From Anaerolineae bacterium (GTDB taxonomy: Bacteria > Chloroflexota > Anaerolineae > Aggregatilineales > J027), in the NCBI GenBank assembly GCA_021463865.1, contig JAJTXY010000002.1:64219-128218 (forward strand): a DNA stretch of 64,000 nt. Reading direction: 5' to 3'. The first letter of the stretch is position 1. Every line of letters starts with the position of its first letter. The notes under the pieces are model-generated. The model had not been told where the DNA came from, searched no databases, and saw only the letters and a list, made by a program, of their open reading frames with translations. Both the position numbers and the translations under genes were made by a program. Positions 54,188-64,000 of this stretch are shown here, piece after piece.

Positions 54188-55387
54188 TTAACGAATCTCC
54201 TCGACGGCCCAGTGGTCGCCCATTGCCCGTCGGCCTTTCGCCAAACCTTCCCCTTCAGAGATTTGATAAATCAGATCGGGTCGTTTCATCATTGCAGGGC
54301 GCAGGTCTACCCCTAATCCCGGCCCTTCTGGAATAGCTAAATGCCCATCTACGACCTTCGGGGCCAATTCGCTGATGATGGGGAAATAGGTCTGATAAAA
54401 GGCTCGCACGGATTCTACAAAATAAAGATTGGGAATGTGTGCACCGAGGTGCATACAGGCCGCGTGACAAATCGGGCCAGCGACGTTATGTAGCACCAGT
54501 GGTACGCCAAACGCCTCTGCTATATTAGCGATTTTCCGGGTCTCCGCAATGCCACCATTCCACACCGGATCGGTCATGACAATTTGGGAGACATGCTTTT
54601 CCAGCCACTCGCGCAACTGCCAGCGTGTCATCAATAATTCTGAGCCAATCACCGGAATGGAAGTGCGGCGAGAAAATTCACGGATTTCATCAGGATAGAC
54701 CGCCGACATCACGTCTTCCAAAAAGAGGATGTTATACGGCTCAAGCGCACGGGCGATACGTTCCATACTGACCCGATTCCAGCGGAAATGACATTCGATG
54801 CCGATTTCCATATCTGTTCCCACCGTATCCCGAATTTGGCGAACGGGGGTTAAGCCTTTTTCGACATCGGCAAGGCTGATATATTGCCCGAACGATGGTT
54901 CGCTAAATTGATCGAAAGGCCAGATTTTCATGGCTTTAATACCGTCGGCCAGCAAACTTTTCGCCAGTGCTCCGGCGTCCTCATGCCATGCCGCGTAATC
55001 TTGGATTGGGCCAAAGCCGATACAGGTGTTATAGGTCGGGACTTTTTGGCGGGTTTTGCCGCCGAGTAAATGGTAGAGGGGGGCGTTGTAATGTTTGCCC
55101 ATGATATCCCACAGCGCGACCTCGATAGCAGAAAGCGCCCGTGTTTCTGCCCCGGCATACCCGTGATACATGAGGTTGTCCATGACAAAACGCCACAGGC
55201 CCTCAATATCCAGTGCATCCTGACCGAGTACCAGCGGCGCGACTGTGCCATGCAATGCTCCTTTTGCACCGGGGATTTTATCTACCGTTTCGCCTAGTCC
55301 GATGAGACCGGAGTCGGTGTGGACACGCACCACCATCAAACGGGGATATTCAGCCCACTGTAAGGATTCGATTGCAATAATTTTCAT
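54188..55387 (-). CDS. enolase-superfamily acid-sugar dehydratase (mandelate racemase/muconate lactonizing enzyme family)
   Basis: MR/MLE N- and C-terminal domain pattern. The substrate cannot be assigned from sequence alone. Confidence 0.75.
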   Translation of the reverse strand: MKIIAIESLQWAEYPRLMVVRVHTDSGLIGLGETVDKIPGAKGALHGTVAPLVLGQDALDIEGLWRFVMDNLMYHGYAGAETRALSAIEVALWDIMGKHYNAPLYHLLGGKTRQKVPTYNTCIGFGPIQDYAAWHEDAGALAKSLLADGIKAMKIWPFDQFSEPSFGQYISLADVEKGLTPVRQIRDTVGTDMEIGIECHFRWNRVSMERIARALEPYNILFLEDVMSAVYPDEIREFSRRTSIPVIGSELLMTRWQLREWLEKHVSQIVMTDPVWNGGIAETRKIANIAEAFGVPLVLHNVAGPICHAACMHLGAHIPNLYFVESVRAFYQTYFPIISELAPKVVDGHLAIPEGPGLGVDLRPAMMKRPDLIYQISEGEGLAKGRRAMGDHWAVEEIR

Positions 55388-55839
55388 GATTTCCTAATTT
55401 CAAAGATCAGTTCTATCACTTTTCGATAATCAATTGTTTCGTTGTAATACCCACATAGGGAATTCCATAATTCCGGATGCGGCTGGGTGTCAAAATGTCG
55501 GGTGGCAACTTCGCGCAGGGCCTCCATCAACCCAAGATTTTCTTCCTCTTTAAGTGCTGCCACCGCAAAGCTACTCGAACGGCTAATCCCCGCCCCACAT
55601 GCTACCAAGACAATTTTGCCGAGTGCCTTTTGGGAACGAACAAATTCGATACCTTGAGCCATCAGATCTGTTGGAATCGGTTCGCCGTCCTCGACAGGCA
55701 GATACAACGCGGTAATGTTTGGCTTCTCGACCAACTCCGCCAATTGGAGCATCGCCCCGATGTTGCGTGATTGTAAATAGTCCAAATCACGGGTATCGCG
55801 GTATTTGCCAATATAGAGCCAAGAGCGAATTCGATCCAT
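55384..55839 (-). CDS. dual-specificity (Cys-X5-Arg) phosphatase family protein
   Basis: Active-site loop [11 protein letters not shown] (CX5R-S). 151 aa. 4-nt overlap with the dehydratase gene. Confidence 0.65.
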   Translation of the reverse strand: MDRIRSWLYIGKYRDTRDLDYLQSRNIGAMLQLAELVEKPNITALYLPVEDGEPIPTDLMAQGIEFVRSQKALGKIVLVACGAGISRSSSFAVAALKEEENLGLMEALREVATRHFDTQPHPELWNSLCGYYNETIDYRKVIELIFEIRKS

Positions 55840-55840
55840 A

Positions 55841-56740
55841 TCAGACTACTTTCACAGTATTGATAAGCGTCCCTATGCCCTCAATCTCGATTTGCACCAC
55901 ATCGCCTGCCTGCAAGGTAAATTCGCCGGGAGGGACGACCCCTGTTCCCGTCAACAGCACCACGCCTTCGGGATAGGTATTGCTACGCCCCAGATAATCC
56001 ACCAATTCAGGAATGGTGCGTTTAATACGCGAGGTATGCACCGCACCTTCAAACATAGTTTCGCCACTCCGACGGATATGAATATGAATTGAGGTATCGG
56101 GCCAATCCGTGCTTGCTTTGAGCAGAATTCCCGGCCCAATCGCACACGAAGCAGTATAGACTTTGGCTTGCGGCAAATACAGGGGGTTTTCGCCCTCAAT
56201 ATCGCGGCTGCTCATGTCATTGCCAACTGTAAACCCAACCACTTCCATTGCCGGATTGATGACAAGACCCAACTCCGGTTCTGGTACTGACCATGTAGCG
56301 TCGCTGCGGATGCCCACTCCTGCATGAACCCCGACTACCCATCGTCCCCGAGCTTTAAAAAATAATTCGGGACGCTCGGCGCGATAGACACGGGCATACA
56401 CGTCCCCACCATCCTGTGATTCTTCTTGGCGGGCGACCTTGCTACGCTCATACGTCACCCCGGCAGCCCATACATCTTGTTCATCCACTGGAGCTAACCA
56501 ATGCGGGGTGTTTTTGGCGGGGGCATTCTCAAAAATGGCGGCAGGGAAGGTTAACAAACTAGCCCGACCCGCTTGCAGGATTTCTTCTATGGCAGCTTCA
56601 GGACGGCCCATACTCGACTTGAGCCATGCGGTCAGGGTTGGGTATTCGCTGTGGACATCATGCACTTTTTCATCAAAGCGTACCCCCAATCGTGAGCCAT
56701 AATTGGGATGGAAGTAGCGAACAAGTAACGGATTGCTCAT
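55841..56740 (-). CDS. fumarylacetoacetate hydrolase (FAH) family protein
   Basis: FAH-fold C-terminal domain. Start is uncertain: ATG at 56740 or GTG at 56767. Confidence 0.75.
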   Translation of the reverse strand: MSNPLLVRYFHPNYGSRLGVRFDEKVHDVHSEYPTLTAWLKSSMGRPEAAIEEILQAGRASLLTFPAAIFENAPAKNTPHWLAPVDEQDVWAAGVTYERSKVARQEESQDGGDVYARVYRAERPELFFKARGRWVVGVHAGVGIRSDATWSVPEPELGLVINPAMEVVGFTVGNDMSSRDIEGENPLYLPQAKVYTASCAIGPGILLKASTDWPDTSIHIHIRRSGETMFEGAVHTSRIKRTIPELVDYLGRSNTYPEGVVLLTGTGVVPPGEFTLQAGDVVQIEIEGIGTLINTVKVV

Positions 56741-56808
56741 CAAGTTTTTTCGCTTTCTTTGGGGCACGGAATCAAGGCAACCGTGCTGAATATAGGTTAA
56801 GGAATGGT

Positions 56809-57588
56809 CTAATCTTGTGGTTGTTCACCTTTGGAGGCTAATCCACCATCCACTTCATAGTTCGAGCCTGTCACAAAACTCGCTTCATCCGATGCCAAAA
56901 ACACAAACACACTAGCGACCTCTCCAATCGTGCCAACTCGTCCAATGGGGTGCATGGCATCAAACTGCTGGCGTAAATATTCAGGTCGAGACTGTGCCGC
57001 CAAAAAATCATGCAACATTGGGGAATCAATTGTGCCGGGCGAAACCGAATTGACCCGAATCCCCAAGCGGGCATAATCGGTGGACATGGCACGGGTTAGG
57101 GCGATTAATGCGCCTTTGGTGGCGGAATATACCGCGATCCCCGGCAGGCCCCGAATCCCGGTCACGCTTGCCATATGAATAATACTGCCCTGTCCCATCG
57201 CCAGCATATCAGGAATAACAGCACGGTTGCATAGATACGCCCCACGCAAATTCACCGCGATACAACGATCAAAATCGTCGGGGTGCAGTTCATGAATTCG
57301 ACCCGAAGGCATGACGGCAGCATTATTGACCAACACATTAATCGGGCCAAAATATTCCCTGAGCCGAGACACAGCCTGATTCACACTCTGTTCGTTGGTG
57401 ACATCGGCACTGAGGGCAATGGCCTGACCGCCTGAGGCCAGAATTTCATCCACCACTCTTTGACAGGCACTTTCATGTAAATCCAGTACACCAACTTTCG
57501 CCCCCTCTTTGGCAAAACGCACCGCAATACCATGCCCGATACCGCGTGCCGCCCCTGTCACAAGCGCTATTTTATTTTGTAACCGCAT
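56809..57588 (-). CDS. SDR family oxidoreductase
   Basis: TGAARGIG cofactor motif and YSATK catalytic motif. Confidence 0.85.
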   Translation of the reverse strand: MRLQNKIALVTGAARGIGHGIAVRFAKEGAKVGVLDLHESACQRVVDEILASGGQAIALSADVTNEQSVNQAVSRLREYFGPINVLVNNAAVMPSGRIHELHPDDFDRCIAVNLRGAYLCNRAVIPDMLAMGQGSIIHMASVTGIRGLPGIAVYSATKGALIALTRAMSTDYARLGIRVNSVSPGTIDSPMLHDFLAAQSRPEYLRQQFDAMHPIGRVGTIGEVASVFVFLASDEASFVTGSNYEVDGGLASKGEQPQD

Positions 57589-57600
57589 AAAAATTTCCTT

Positions 57601-58713
57601 TTAAGTAGAAATTGAATTCACCTCAATCCAGCAGCCTTCTTGATGGCTCTTGATAGCTGCTGCCAGAATCCGCTGAATTTTCGCTCCCACCTGAAAATCG
57701 GGCATAGGCTGTTTATTTTCGACGATGGCCGTGATGAATCCGCGTGTCATATTGTCCTGCTGGCGAAAAATATCCCGATAGGTGTTATGTACGGTATCAC
57801 GCCGCGCCCCGGCCCAAATGCGTTCGGGAATTTCCAGCGGCTTGACTTGTCCTTCTCCGACCCGTGCGCCTGATACGGTCTGTATCGTTGCCCAATCCGT
57901 ATAACTATAGAGTGTGCCACCAGAGCCGTGAAATTCCATGTGGTGGGTCTGTCCAAAAGGGGTATCCTCATAACAAACCGCACTGACCTGAATGACCCCG
58001 CTGGCTCCATTTTCAAATTGCAGGGTGACAATCGCCCCATCGTCGCCCACTTGATAGGGCTTGCCCTCCGAGTCAGCGGATACACGCTCCACCAGATGAG
58101 TCAAATGGCAGCTTACGCTTTTAACATCACCATAGAGCATTTGGGCAATGTAAAAAAAGTGAGTGCCGAGATCGCCGACCACCCCGGCTCCTGCTTTACC
58201 CAAATCAAAGCGCCATTGATACTCCCCATTGCGGGCATAACCCGTATAGTAGCGCATATTGAGGTGATAGGGGCGCCCAATGTAACCATCGTCTATTAGT
58301 TCTTTCAAAAAGCGGCTGGTCGGCATAAACCCATAGGTAAACGGTACAAGCGTCTTGAGATGATGTGCCATCGCAAAATCGGCCATCTCTTTGGCTTGGG
58401 CATAGGTCATTGCCAACGGTTTTTCGCACAGCACATGCAACCCTGCCTGCATCGCTTCCATCGCAATCGGATAATGAGCGTCGTTCGATGTAGAAATCAC
58501 CACTGCATCCAAGCGCCGATCTTCAATCATGTCATGATAATCGGCATACACATAGGGGATATGCCAGCGTTCGGCCATATGTTTGGCCTTGTTCACATCA
58601 CGTCCACAAATCGCGTCAATCTTGGCATGGGGGTGATGTGCCAGTGCTGGCAGGTGCATGGAATCCGCCCACCAACTCGTTCCGACAATGCCCACATCTA
58701 CGGGGTCTATCAT
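57601..58713 (-). CDS. Gfo/Idh/MocA family oxidoreductase
   Basis: Start is the ATG at 58713 (MIDPVDVGIVGTSWW). The longer ORF overlaps the upstream SDR gene. Confidence 0.8.
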   Translation of the reverse strand: MIDPVDVGIVGTSWWADSMHLPALAHHPHAKIDAICGRDVNKAKHMAERWHIPYVYADYHDMIEDRRLDAVVISTSNDAHYPIAMEAMQAGLHVLCEKPLAMTYAQAKEMADFAMAHHLKTLVPFTYGFMPTSRFLKELIDDGYIGRPYHLNMRYYTGYARNGEYQWRFDLGKAGAGVVGDLGTHFFYIAQMLYGDVKSVSCHLTHLVERVSADSEGKPYQVGDDGAIVTLQFENGASGVIQVSAVCYEDTPFGQTHHMEFHGSGGTLYSYTDWATIQTVSGARVGEGQVKPLEIPERIWAGARRDTVHNTYRDIFRQQDNMTRGFITAIVENKQPMPDFQVGAKIQRILAAAIKSHQEGCWIEVNSIST

Positions 58714-58717
58714 GGTT

Positions 58718-59515
58718 TTACTCCGTTTTGCGTTCAACAAAATCCAGCGATGGCGACGGGCTAATTGCCGTCCAACCGCCGTCCACAATTAAGGTCTGTC
58801 CGGTAACTTGAGAAGCAGCAGGCGATAAGAAAAACAGGGCTGCATTGGCAATATCCAATGGGAAAGCCGGACGCTGGGTCGGTATAACTCGTCCCCATAC
58901 GATCTCGTAATTAGGGTCATCCACCAGATTGCGCGGGGTAACGGTTGCCCCCGGCGCAATAGCGTTAACGGTAATGCCATAGGGGGATAACTCAACGACC
59001 AGATTTTTTGCCAGCATTTCAAGGGCAGCTTTCGTCATGGCATAGGCAGCAATATAGGGGATGGCTTGATGGCCCGTGACGGACGACATAAACAATATCC
59101 GTCCGCCATGACCCGCCTCCCGCATATGTCGAGCGGCTGCTTGGGCAAGGAAAAATGAGCCGCGCAGATTCACTCCTAAAACTCGATCTAGATTTTCAGG
59201 TGGGTAGTCAAAAAAATCGCCCCAAATGGTTAATCCTGCATTTGCCACAGCCATATCTAAACGACCAAATTGACGGACGGCTTCGGTTACAAGGCCGCGT
59301 GTTTGTTCCACATTGGCAACATCACCACCCATGCCTATACAAACACCACCTTCCACTGCGATGGTTTGGGCGGCATCTTGAGCTAGAATGGCATCCACAT
59401 CATTTAATAATACCTTTGCCCCGCGCAGCACCAATTGATGGGCGATTTCATAGCCGATACCCACACCAGCACCTGTCACAATGGCGACCTGCCCCTCAAA
59501 AATTTTTTCACTCAT
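58718..59515 (-). CDS. SDR family oxidoreductase
   Basis: TGAGVGIG cofactor motif and YAMTK catalytic motif. Confidence 0.85.
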   Translation of the reverse strand: MSEKIFEGQVAIVTGAGVGIGYEIAHQLVLRGAKVLLNDVDAILAQDAAQTIAVEGGVCIGMGGDVANVEQTRGLVTEAVRQFGRLDMAVANAGLTIWGDFFDYPPENLDRVLGVNLRGSFFLAQAAARHMREAGHGGRILFMSSVTGHQAIPYIAAYAMTKAALEMLAKNLVVELSPYGITVNAIAPGATVTPRNLVDDPNYEIVWGRVIPTQRPAFPLDIANAALFFLSPAASQVTGQTLIVDGGWTAISPSPSLDFVERKTE

Positions 59516-59591
59516 AAACTTTTGCTCCTAAAAGGTATCGCAGGTTATTATACTGAGGAGTTTAACGCTTCAAAAATTAGGGAAAAATCTT

Positions 59592-60398
59592 ATGCGATGG
59601 GTTCGTTTTGACACTGAAAAAGGCGCACATTTTGGTTTATTAGAAAATCAGAGCGTTCTTTCGACCTCGCTTTCATGGTTGGAGATTTTGGCGGGTCATA
59701 CGCCTAACCCCAAAGTTGAGTATGCGCTGGGTGCATTTCCCTTACTTGCACCCATTGAACGCCCCGGCAAAATCCTTGCCATTGGCCTCAATTACATGGA
59801 TCACTGCCGCGAAACCAATACCGAACCCCCCAAACGGCCTCTAATTTTCACTAAATTTACCACTGCCATCACTGGCCCCAACACCCCAATTCAGTGGGCC
59901 TCTGCTTTAACCGAACAGGTAGACTATGAAGCTGAACTCGCGGTGGTCATCGGCAAAAGGGCTAGGCACGTCTCCGAAACCGAGGCGCTCGATTATGTAT
60001 TTGGCTACACCTGCGCCAATGATGTCAGCGCTCGTGATTTGCAATTTGGCGATGGACAGTGGATTCGGGGTAAGAGTCTCGACACGTTTTGTCCGATTGG
60101 GCCAGTGTTAGTCACCAAAGATGAAATTCCCGACCCACAGGCATTGGCGATTCGCTGTATTCTAAATGGTGAACATGTCCAAGAAAGCAATACCAGCGAG
60201 ATGATTTTTGGGGTAGCCCATCTGATTTCATTTGCTTCGCAGGCCTTTACGCTCGAACCCGGCGACATCATCTTGACAGGCACGCCACACGGCACAGGTG
60301 CTTTCCGCAATCCTAAGCTATTTATGAAACAGGGGGATCGGGTCGCAGTAGAAATTGATGGTATCGGCAGATTGGAAAATACGTGCGAAGTCCTATGA
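59592..60398 (+). CDS. FAH family protein (2-keto-3-deoxy-pentonate dehydratase XylX-like candidate)
   Basis: FAH-fold sequence. It is first in an operon with an IlvD/Edd dehydratase and an aldehyde dehydrogenase. Confidence 0.75.
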   Translation: MRWVRFDTEKGAHFGLLENQSVLSTSLSWLEILAGHTPNPKVEYALGAFPLLAPIERPGKILAIGLNYMDHCRETNTEPPKRPLIFTKFTTAITGPNTPIQWASALTEQVDYEAELAVVIGKRARHVSETEALDYVFGYTCANDVSARDLQFGDGQWIRGKSLDTFCPIGPVLVTKDEIPDPQALAIRCILNGEHVQESNTSEMIFGVAHLISFASQAFTLEPGDIILTGTPHGTGAFRNPKLFMKQGDRVAVEIDGIGRLENTCEVL

Positions 60399-62422
60399 CC
60401 GAACCCATCTTGCCCTCCCTAGACGATATTTTAGGCACATCGCAGTCTGTCCAAAATACACGCATTTATGGTCAAGGTGCAGAAGGTAAACTGCCCTTAA
60501 CCGAAGAAATGCTGCGGAATGAACCCAGTGGCAATCTATTTGGCATGACCCTCAATGTCGGCATGGGTTGGAATCCGGCGGATGTGGGCCGCACCCCCTA
60601 TTTGATTTTGAGTACGCTGGGTGGCCTGCGCAGTGAAGATGGCCGCCCGATTGCGCTAGGGTATCACACCGGACATTGGGAACTGGATGCGCTGGTGAGG
60701 GCCGCTGCCGAAACGTTGCGCGAAAATGGGGCACTGCCGTTCTCCGGTTATGTCAGCGACCCCTGCGACGGACGTTCACAGGGGACTCCGGGTATGATGG
60801 ACAGCCTCCCCTATCGCAATGACGCGGCGATGGTCATGCGGCGTTTGATCCGTTCCTTACCCACCCGTGCCGGAGTATTGGGTGTGGCGACCTGTGATAA
60901 GGGCCTACCTGCGATGATGATGGCTTTGGCAGGCTGTCATAATCTGCCGGGGGTCATTGTGCCGGGGGGCGTAACACTACCAACTGCCGAGGCCGAAGAC
61001 GCAGGCACAATTCAAACCATCGGGGCACGCTTCGCACACGGCATGATTAGTGTAGATTACGCGGCAGAGATGGGCTGTCGGGCCTGTGGGTCACCGGGGG
61101 GAGGCTGTCAATTTTTGGGGACGGCGGCGACTTCACAGGTCGTCGCAGAGGCGTTTGGGATGACGTTGCCCCACAGCGGCCTTGTGCCGTCCGGTGAACC
61201 TGCGTGGTTGGATATGGCGCGACGTTCGGCGTTAGCCCTATTGAGACTTGCCACCAACCAGATTTCACTTGGGCATGTTTTAACCCCCGCCGCGTTGGAA
61301 AATGCGATGCTGGTACACGCCGCGTTTGGGGGTTCGACCAATTTGCTGCTGCATATTCCCGCGATTGCTCATGCCGCCGGATTGACTCAACCCACTGTTG
61401 AAGATTGGACACATGTCAACCGCCGCACGCCGCGCTTGGTGGATGCCCTGCCGAATGGCCCGCGCAATCACCCAACCGTGCAGGTGTATATGGCAGGGGG
61501 TGTGCCGGAAGTCATGCTGCACTTACGCGCTATGGGCCTACTCAATCTAGACGTATTGACCGTCACAGGTGAAAAACTATCTACTGTCCTCGATTGGTGG
61601 GAACACAGCGAACGCCGGCAAACCGTGCGGAAAATTCTGGGGGCAGGCAATCAAATCAACCCTGATCTTGTGATTATGAATCCTGATACGGCCCGCCGTG
61701 AGGGATTAGGCAGCACCGTCGTTTTCCCAACAGGCAATATCGCGCCACAGGGAGCAGTCATCAAAGCGACTTCAATTGACCACTCGGTGATTGGGCCGGA
61801 TAATACCTATCGGCATCGTGGCCCTGCGCGTGTTTTTACCTCGGAACGGGCTGCCGTCCGTGCCATTAAAGGCCAAACCGATAACCCTGTCCAAGCAGGT
61901 GATATTGTAGTGATGATTGGCATCGGGCCATCCGGGACGGGCATGGAAGAAACCTATCAAGTCACCTCCGCCCTGAAGTTTATTCCTTGGGGTAAGACCG
62001 TTTCGGTGTTGACCGATGCGCGATTTTCTGGCGTTTCTACCGGGGCGTGTATTGGACACATTGGGCCAGAAGCCTTGTCGGGTGGGCCGATTGGGAAATT
62101 GCGCGACGGGGACATCCTCGAAATTGTGATTGACCGGGAAAATCTCACCGGGCAGATTGATTTGGTTGGTAGCGACGGGCAAGATTTATCACCCCAGCAG
62201 GCTACTGAATTACTCGCCAAGCGTGACCCCCATCCCGATTTACATCCCCATGCACTATTGCCGGACGATACCCGTCTGTGGGCCGCATTGCAGGAAACCA
62301 GCGGGGGGACGTGGCGCGGCTGCATTTATGATACGGATCGCATTATTGAAGTTTTGAAAGCCGGGATGCAGGCCTTAAGCCAAAATCCCGCCCAATCTGA
62401 AGGAGTCACCTATGCCGATTAG
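60395..62422 (+). CDS. IlvD/Edd family sugar-acid dehydratase (xylonate/arabinonate dehydratase-like)
   Basis: Fe-S ligand region [16 protein letters not shown] long form of about 675 aa, typical of pentonate dehydratases. ATGA overlap with the upstream gene. Confidence 0.8.
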   Translation: MTEPILPSLDDILGTSQSVQNTRIYGQGAEGKLPLTEEMLRNEPSGNLFGMTLNVGMGWNPADVGRTPYLILSTLGGLRSEDGRPIALGYHTGHWELDALVRAAAETLRENGALPFSGYVSDPCDGRSQGTPGMMDSLPYRNDAAMVMRRLIRSLPTRAGVLGVATCDKGLPAMMMALAGCHNLPGVIVPGGVTLPTAEAEDAGTIQTIGARFAHGMISVDYAAEMGCRACGSPGGGCQFLGTAATSQVVAEAFGMTLPHSGLVPSGEPAWLDMARRSALALLRLATNQISLGHVLTPAALENAMLVHAAFGGSTNLLLHIPAIAHAAGLTQPTVEDWTHVNRRTPRLVDALPNGPRNHPTVQVYMAGGVPEVMLHLRAMGLLNLDVLTVTGEKLSTVLDWWEHSERRQTVRKILGAGNQINPDLVIMNPDTARREGLGSTVVFPTGNIAPQGAVIKATSIDHSVIGPDNTYRHRGPARVFTSERAAVRAIKGQTDNPVQAGDIVVMIGIGPSGTGMEETYQVTSALKFIPWGKTVSVLTDARFSGVSTGACIGHIGPEALSGGPIGKLRDGDILEIVIDRENLTGQIDLVGSDGQDLSPQQATELLAKRDPHPDLHPHALLPDDTRLWAALQETSGGTWRGCIYDTDRIIEVLKAGMQALSQNPAQSEGVTYAD

Positions 62423-63995
62423 TGGGCATCATTTTATTGCTGGCACACCCAGCGCCGAGGGGCATCAGACCTTTACCAGCGTCAATCCGCGCACCAAAAC
62501 CCCCGGCGATGTTCGATTTTTTAATGCCACCCCCTCTGAAATTGACCGTGCCGTAAGCACCGCAGCCGAAGCGTTCAAAATCACACGCAACTATTCCGCC
62601 AGCCGCCTTGCTGAATTTCTGGAACGGGTCGCCGCCGAAATTGAGACACTCGGCGACGAATGGCTCAATACCGCCGATATGGAAACCGGGCTTGGCTTGA
62701 CCCGCCTGACCGGAGAACGCGCCCGCACCAACGGACAACTCCGGGCCTTTGCCAATTTGCTAAAGGAAGGATCATACGTCGAAGCGATAATTGACACCGC
62801 GACGGCGGATCGGCCTGATATTCGGCGGATGTTATTTCCGATTGGGCCTGTGGCCGTGTTTGCCGCCAGCAATTTCCCCTTTGCCTTTTCAGTTGCGGGT
62901 GGGGATACGACTTCGGCTTTTGCAGCAGGTTGTCCCGTCATTGTTAAAGCCCACCCCGGCCATCCCGCCACCTCTGAATTGGCCGCCCTTGCGATAAATC
63001 GAGCCATTATTGCTTGTGGATTTCCGGCGGGCTTTTTCTCGTTGTTACAGGGCGATACCGTCGAGGTCGGGCAAACTCTGATTCAGCACCCCTTACTCGA
63101 AGCGGTAGGGTTTACGGGGTCGCTGCGGGCTGGACGGGCCATTTTTGATACAGCGGCGGCTCGCCCAAAACCGATTCCCATTTATGCTGAGATGGGCAGT
63201 GTAAACCCGGTGGTAATTTTGCCGGGGGCAATTGCGGCACGCATGGAGACGATAGCAGAGGGTTTGGTGACATCCGTCACGTTGGGAACAGGTCAATTTT
63301 GCACTAACCCCGGCCTTGTTTTGGTGATAGATAGCACTGAAACGCGGCAGTTCATCGAATTGGTCGAATCCAAAATGGAATCACGTGCCCCCGGTGTCCT
63401 GTTGAATGCCAGCATTGAGCGGGGATTGGTCAAAGCTGTTACGGATACAACCCGCCATGCTGCTGTGCAAACGTTGACTGGAGCCACCACTGTCCAAGCA
63501 GAGGGTTACTGTTATCCCAACACTGTGCTTATAACCCATTCGCAGGATTTCCGCGCCGACCCCACCCTGCAAAATGAGCATTTTGGCCCGGTGACGATGT
63601 TTGTTATCTGCGAAAATGCAGTGGATTTGATGAATACCATCCCCACATTACATGGTAATTTGACGGCGACGATTCATGCTGAAGCGGGTGAAATGGACGA
63701 GGCACGCGAGATTTTTGATTTACTACGCGAAAAGGCTGGACGGCTTATTTTGAACGGTTTTCCGACAGGTGTGGCAGTCGTTCATAGTATGCAGCATGGT
63801 GGGCCATATCCTGCCACAACCGCTCCGGCAACCACATCCGTCGGCATGACTGCCATCAAACGGTTTTTGCGTCCGGTGGCCTTTCAAAATCTGCCGGATG
63901 GCCTGCTGCCTGATGCGCTAAAAAACACCAATCCGTTGAATATCTGGCGGATAGTGGATAACCAGCAGAGCAAAGCGCCCCTCATCAAAACCTAA
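62412..63995 (+). CDS. aldehyde dehydrogenase family protein (alpha-ketoglutaric semialdehyde dehydrogenase-like)
   Basis: Catalytic Cys region GQFCTNPG and Glu region [19 protein letters not shown]. Confidence 0.8.
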   Translation: MPISGHHFIAGTPSAEGHQTFTSVNPRTKTPGDVRFFNATPSEIDRAVSTAAEAFKITRNYSASRLAEFLERVAAEIETLGDEWLNTADMETGLGLTRLTGERARTNGQLRAFANLLKEGSYVEAIIDTATADRPDIRRMLFPIGPVAVFAASNFPFAFSVAGGDTTSAFAAGCPVIVKAHPGHPATSELAALAINRAIIACGFPAGFFSLLQGDTVEVGQTLIQHPLLEAVGFTGSLRAGRAIFDTAAARPKPIPIYAEMGSVNPVVILPGAIAARMETIAEGLVTSVTLGTGQFCTNPGLVLVIDSTETRQFIELVESKMESRAPGVLLNASIERGLVKAVTDTTRHAAVQTLTGATTVQAEGYCYPNTVLITHSQDFRADPTLQNEHFGPVTMFVICENAVDLMNTIPTLHGNLTATIHAEAGEMDEAREIFDLLREKAGRLILNGFPTGVAVVHSMQHGGPYPATTAPATTSVGMTAIKRFLRPVAFQNLPDGLLPDALKNTNPLNIWRIVDNQQSKAPLIKT

Positions 63996-64000
63996 CGATT

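Noticed and set aside
1-64000. A search by eye for CRISPR arrays, rRNA, transposases, integrases, reverse transcriptases, phage genes and restriction-modification genes.
   Set aside because: I recognised none in any ORF of 60 aa or more or in the intergenic regions. The only regularly spaced repeats are the 7-mer regulatory boxes and the coding low-complexity tracts reported above.

Overview
This 64-kb segment is about 50% GC and looks chromosomal. I found no transposase, integrase, rRNA or CRISPR array. Gene content suggests a Chloroflexota-like filamentous bacterium, which is inference only.

Layout by coordinate:
- 14-8763 (-): a LacI-controlled disaccharide locus with ABC uptake genes, a GH65 phosphorylase and beta-phosphoglucomutase. 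An AAC(3)-family acetyltransferase sits at its tail.
- 8978-13194 (-): a secreted DUF5666-like repeat protein, a large polytopic GT-C-like membrane protein, an ECF sigma factor and an anti-sigma factor. Two of these proteins end in extreme Asp/Asn/Ser tails.
- 13441-22334 (+): a LacI-controlled beta-glucan locus (ABC transporter, GH3, multidomain GH16) with three copies of a 16-bp palindromic operator.
- 22715-29136 (-): a roughly 2140-aa thioester (CIEQ) alpha-2-macroglobulin gene. A 1-nt frameshift in a G5/C5 run interrupts it.
- 29348-32565 (-): a SARP(wHTH-BTAD)/NB-ARC ORF translationally coupled to a separate TPR ORF. It is divergent from a secreted 7-blade PD40/FG-GAP protein (32822-35383).
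- 35589-39502 (-): a tightly overlapped operon of ECF sigma, three membrane proteins and an ABC ATPase.
- 39751-43705 (-): the Hen1-Pnkp RNA repair pair, next to a tRNA(CAU) at 43921-43993.
- 44048-63995: an M28 peptidase, rpmG, oxidoreductase and MFS genes, a low-GC two-gene cassette, and two divergent non-phosphorylative sugar-acid catabolic operons.

The most interesting signal is non-coding. A promoter module of 11-bp-phased CTGTC(A/G)C heptamers, 10 bp, then TATACT occurs twice. One copy is beside the SARP/NB-ARC gene and faces the propeller gene. The other is downstream of that gene, where it precedes only a hairpin plus T-run. That second copy suggests an orphan transcript of about 80 nt, a candidate regulator-dependent sRNA.
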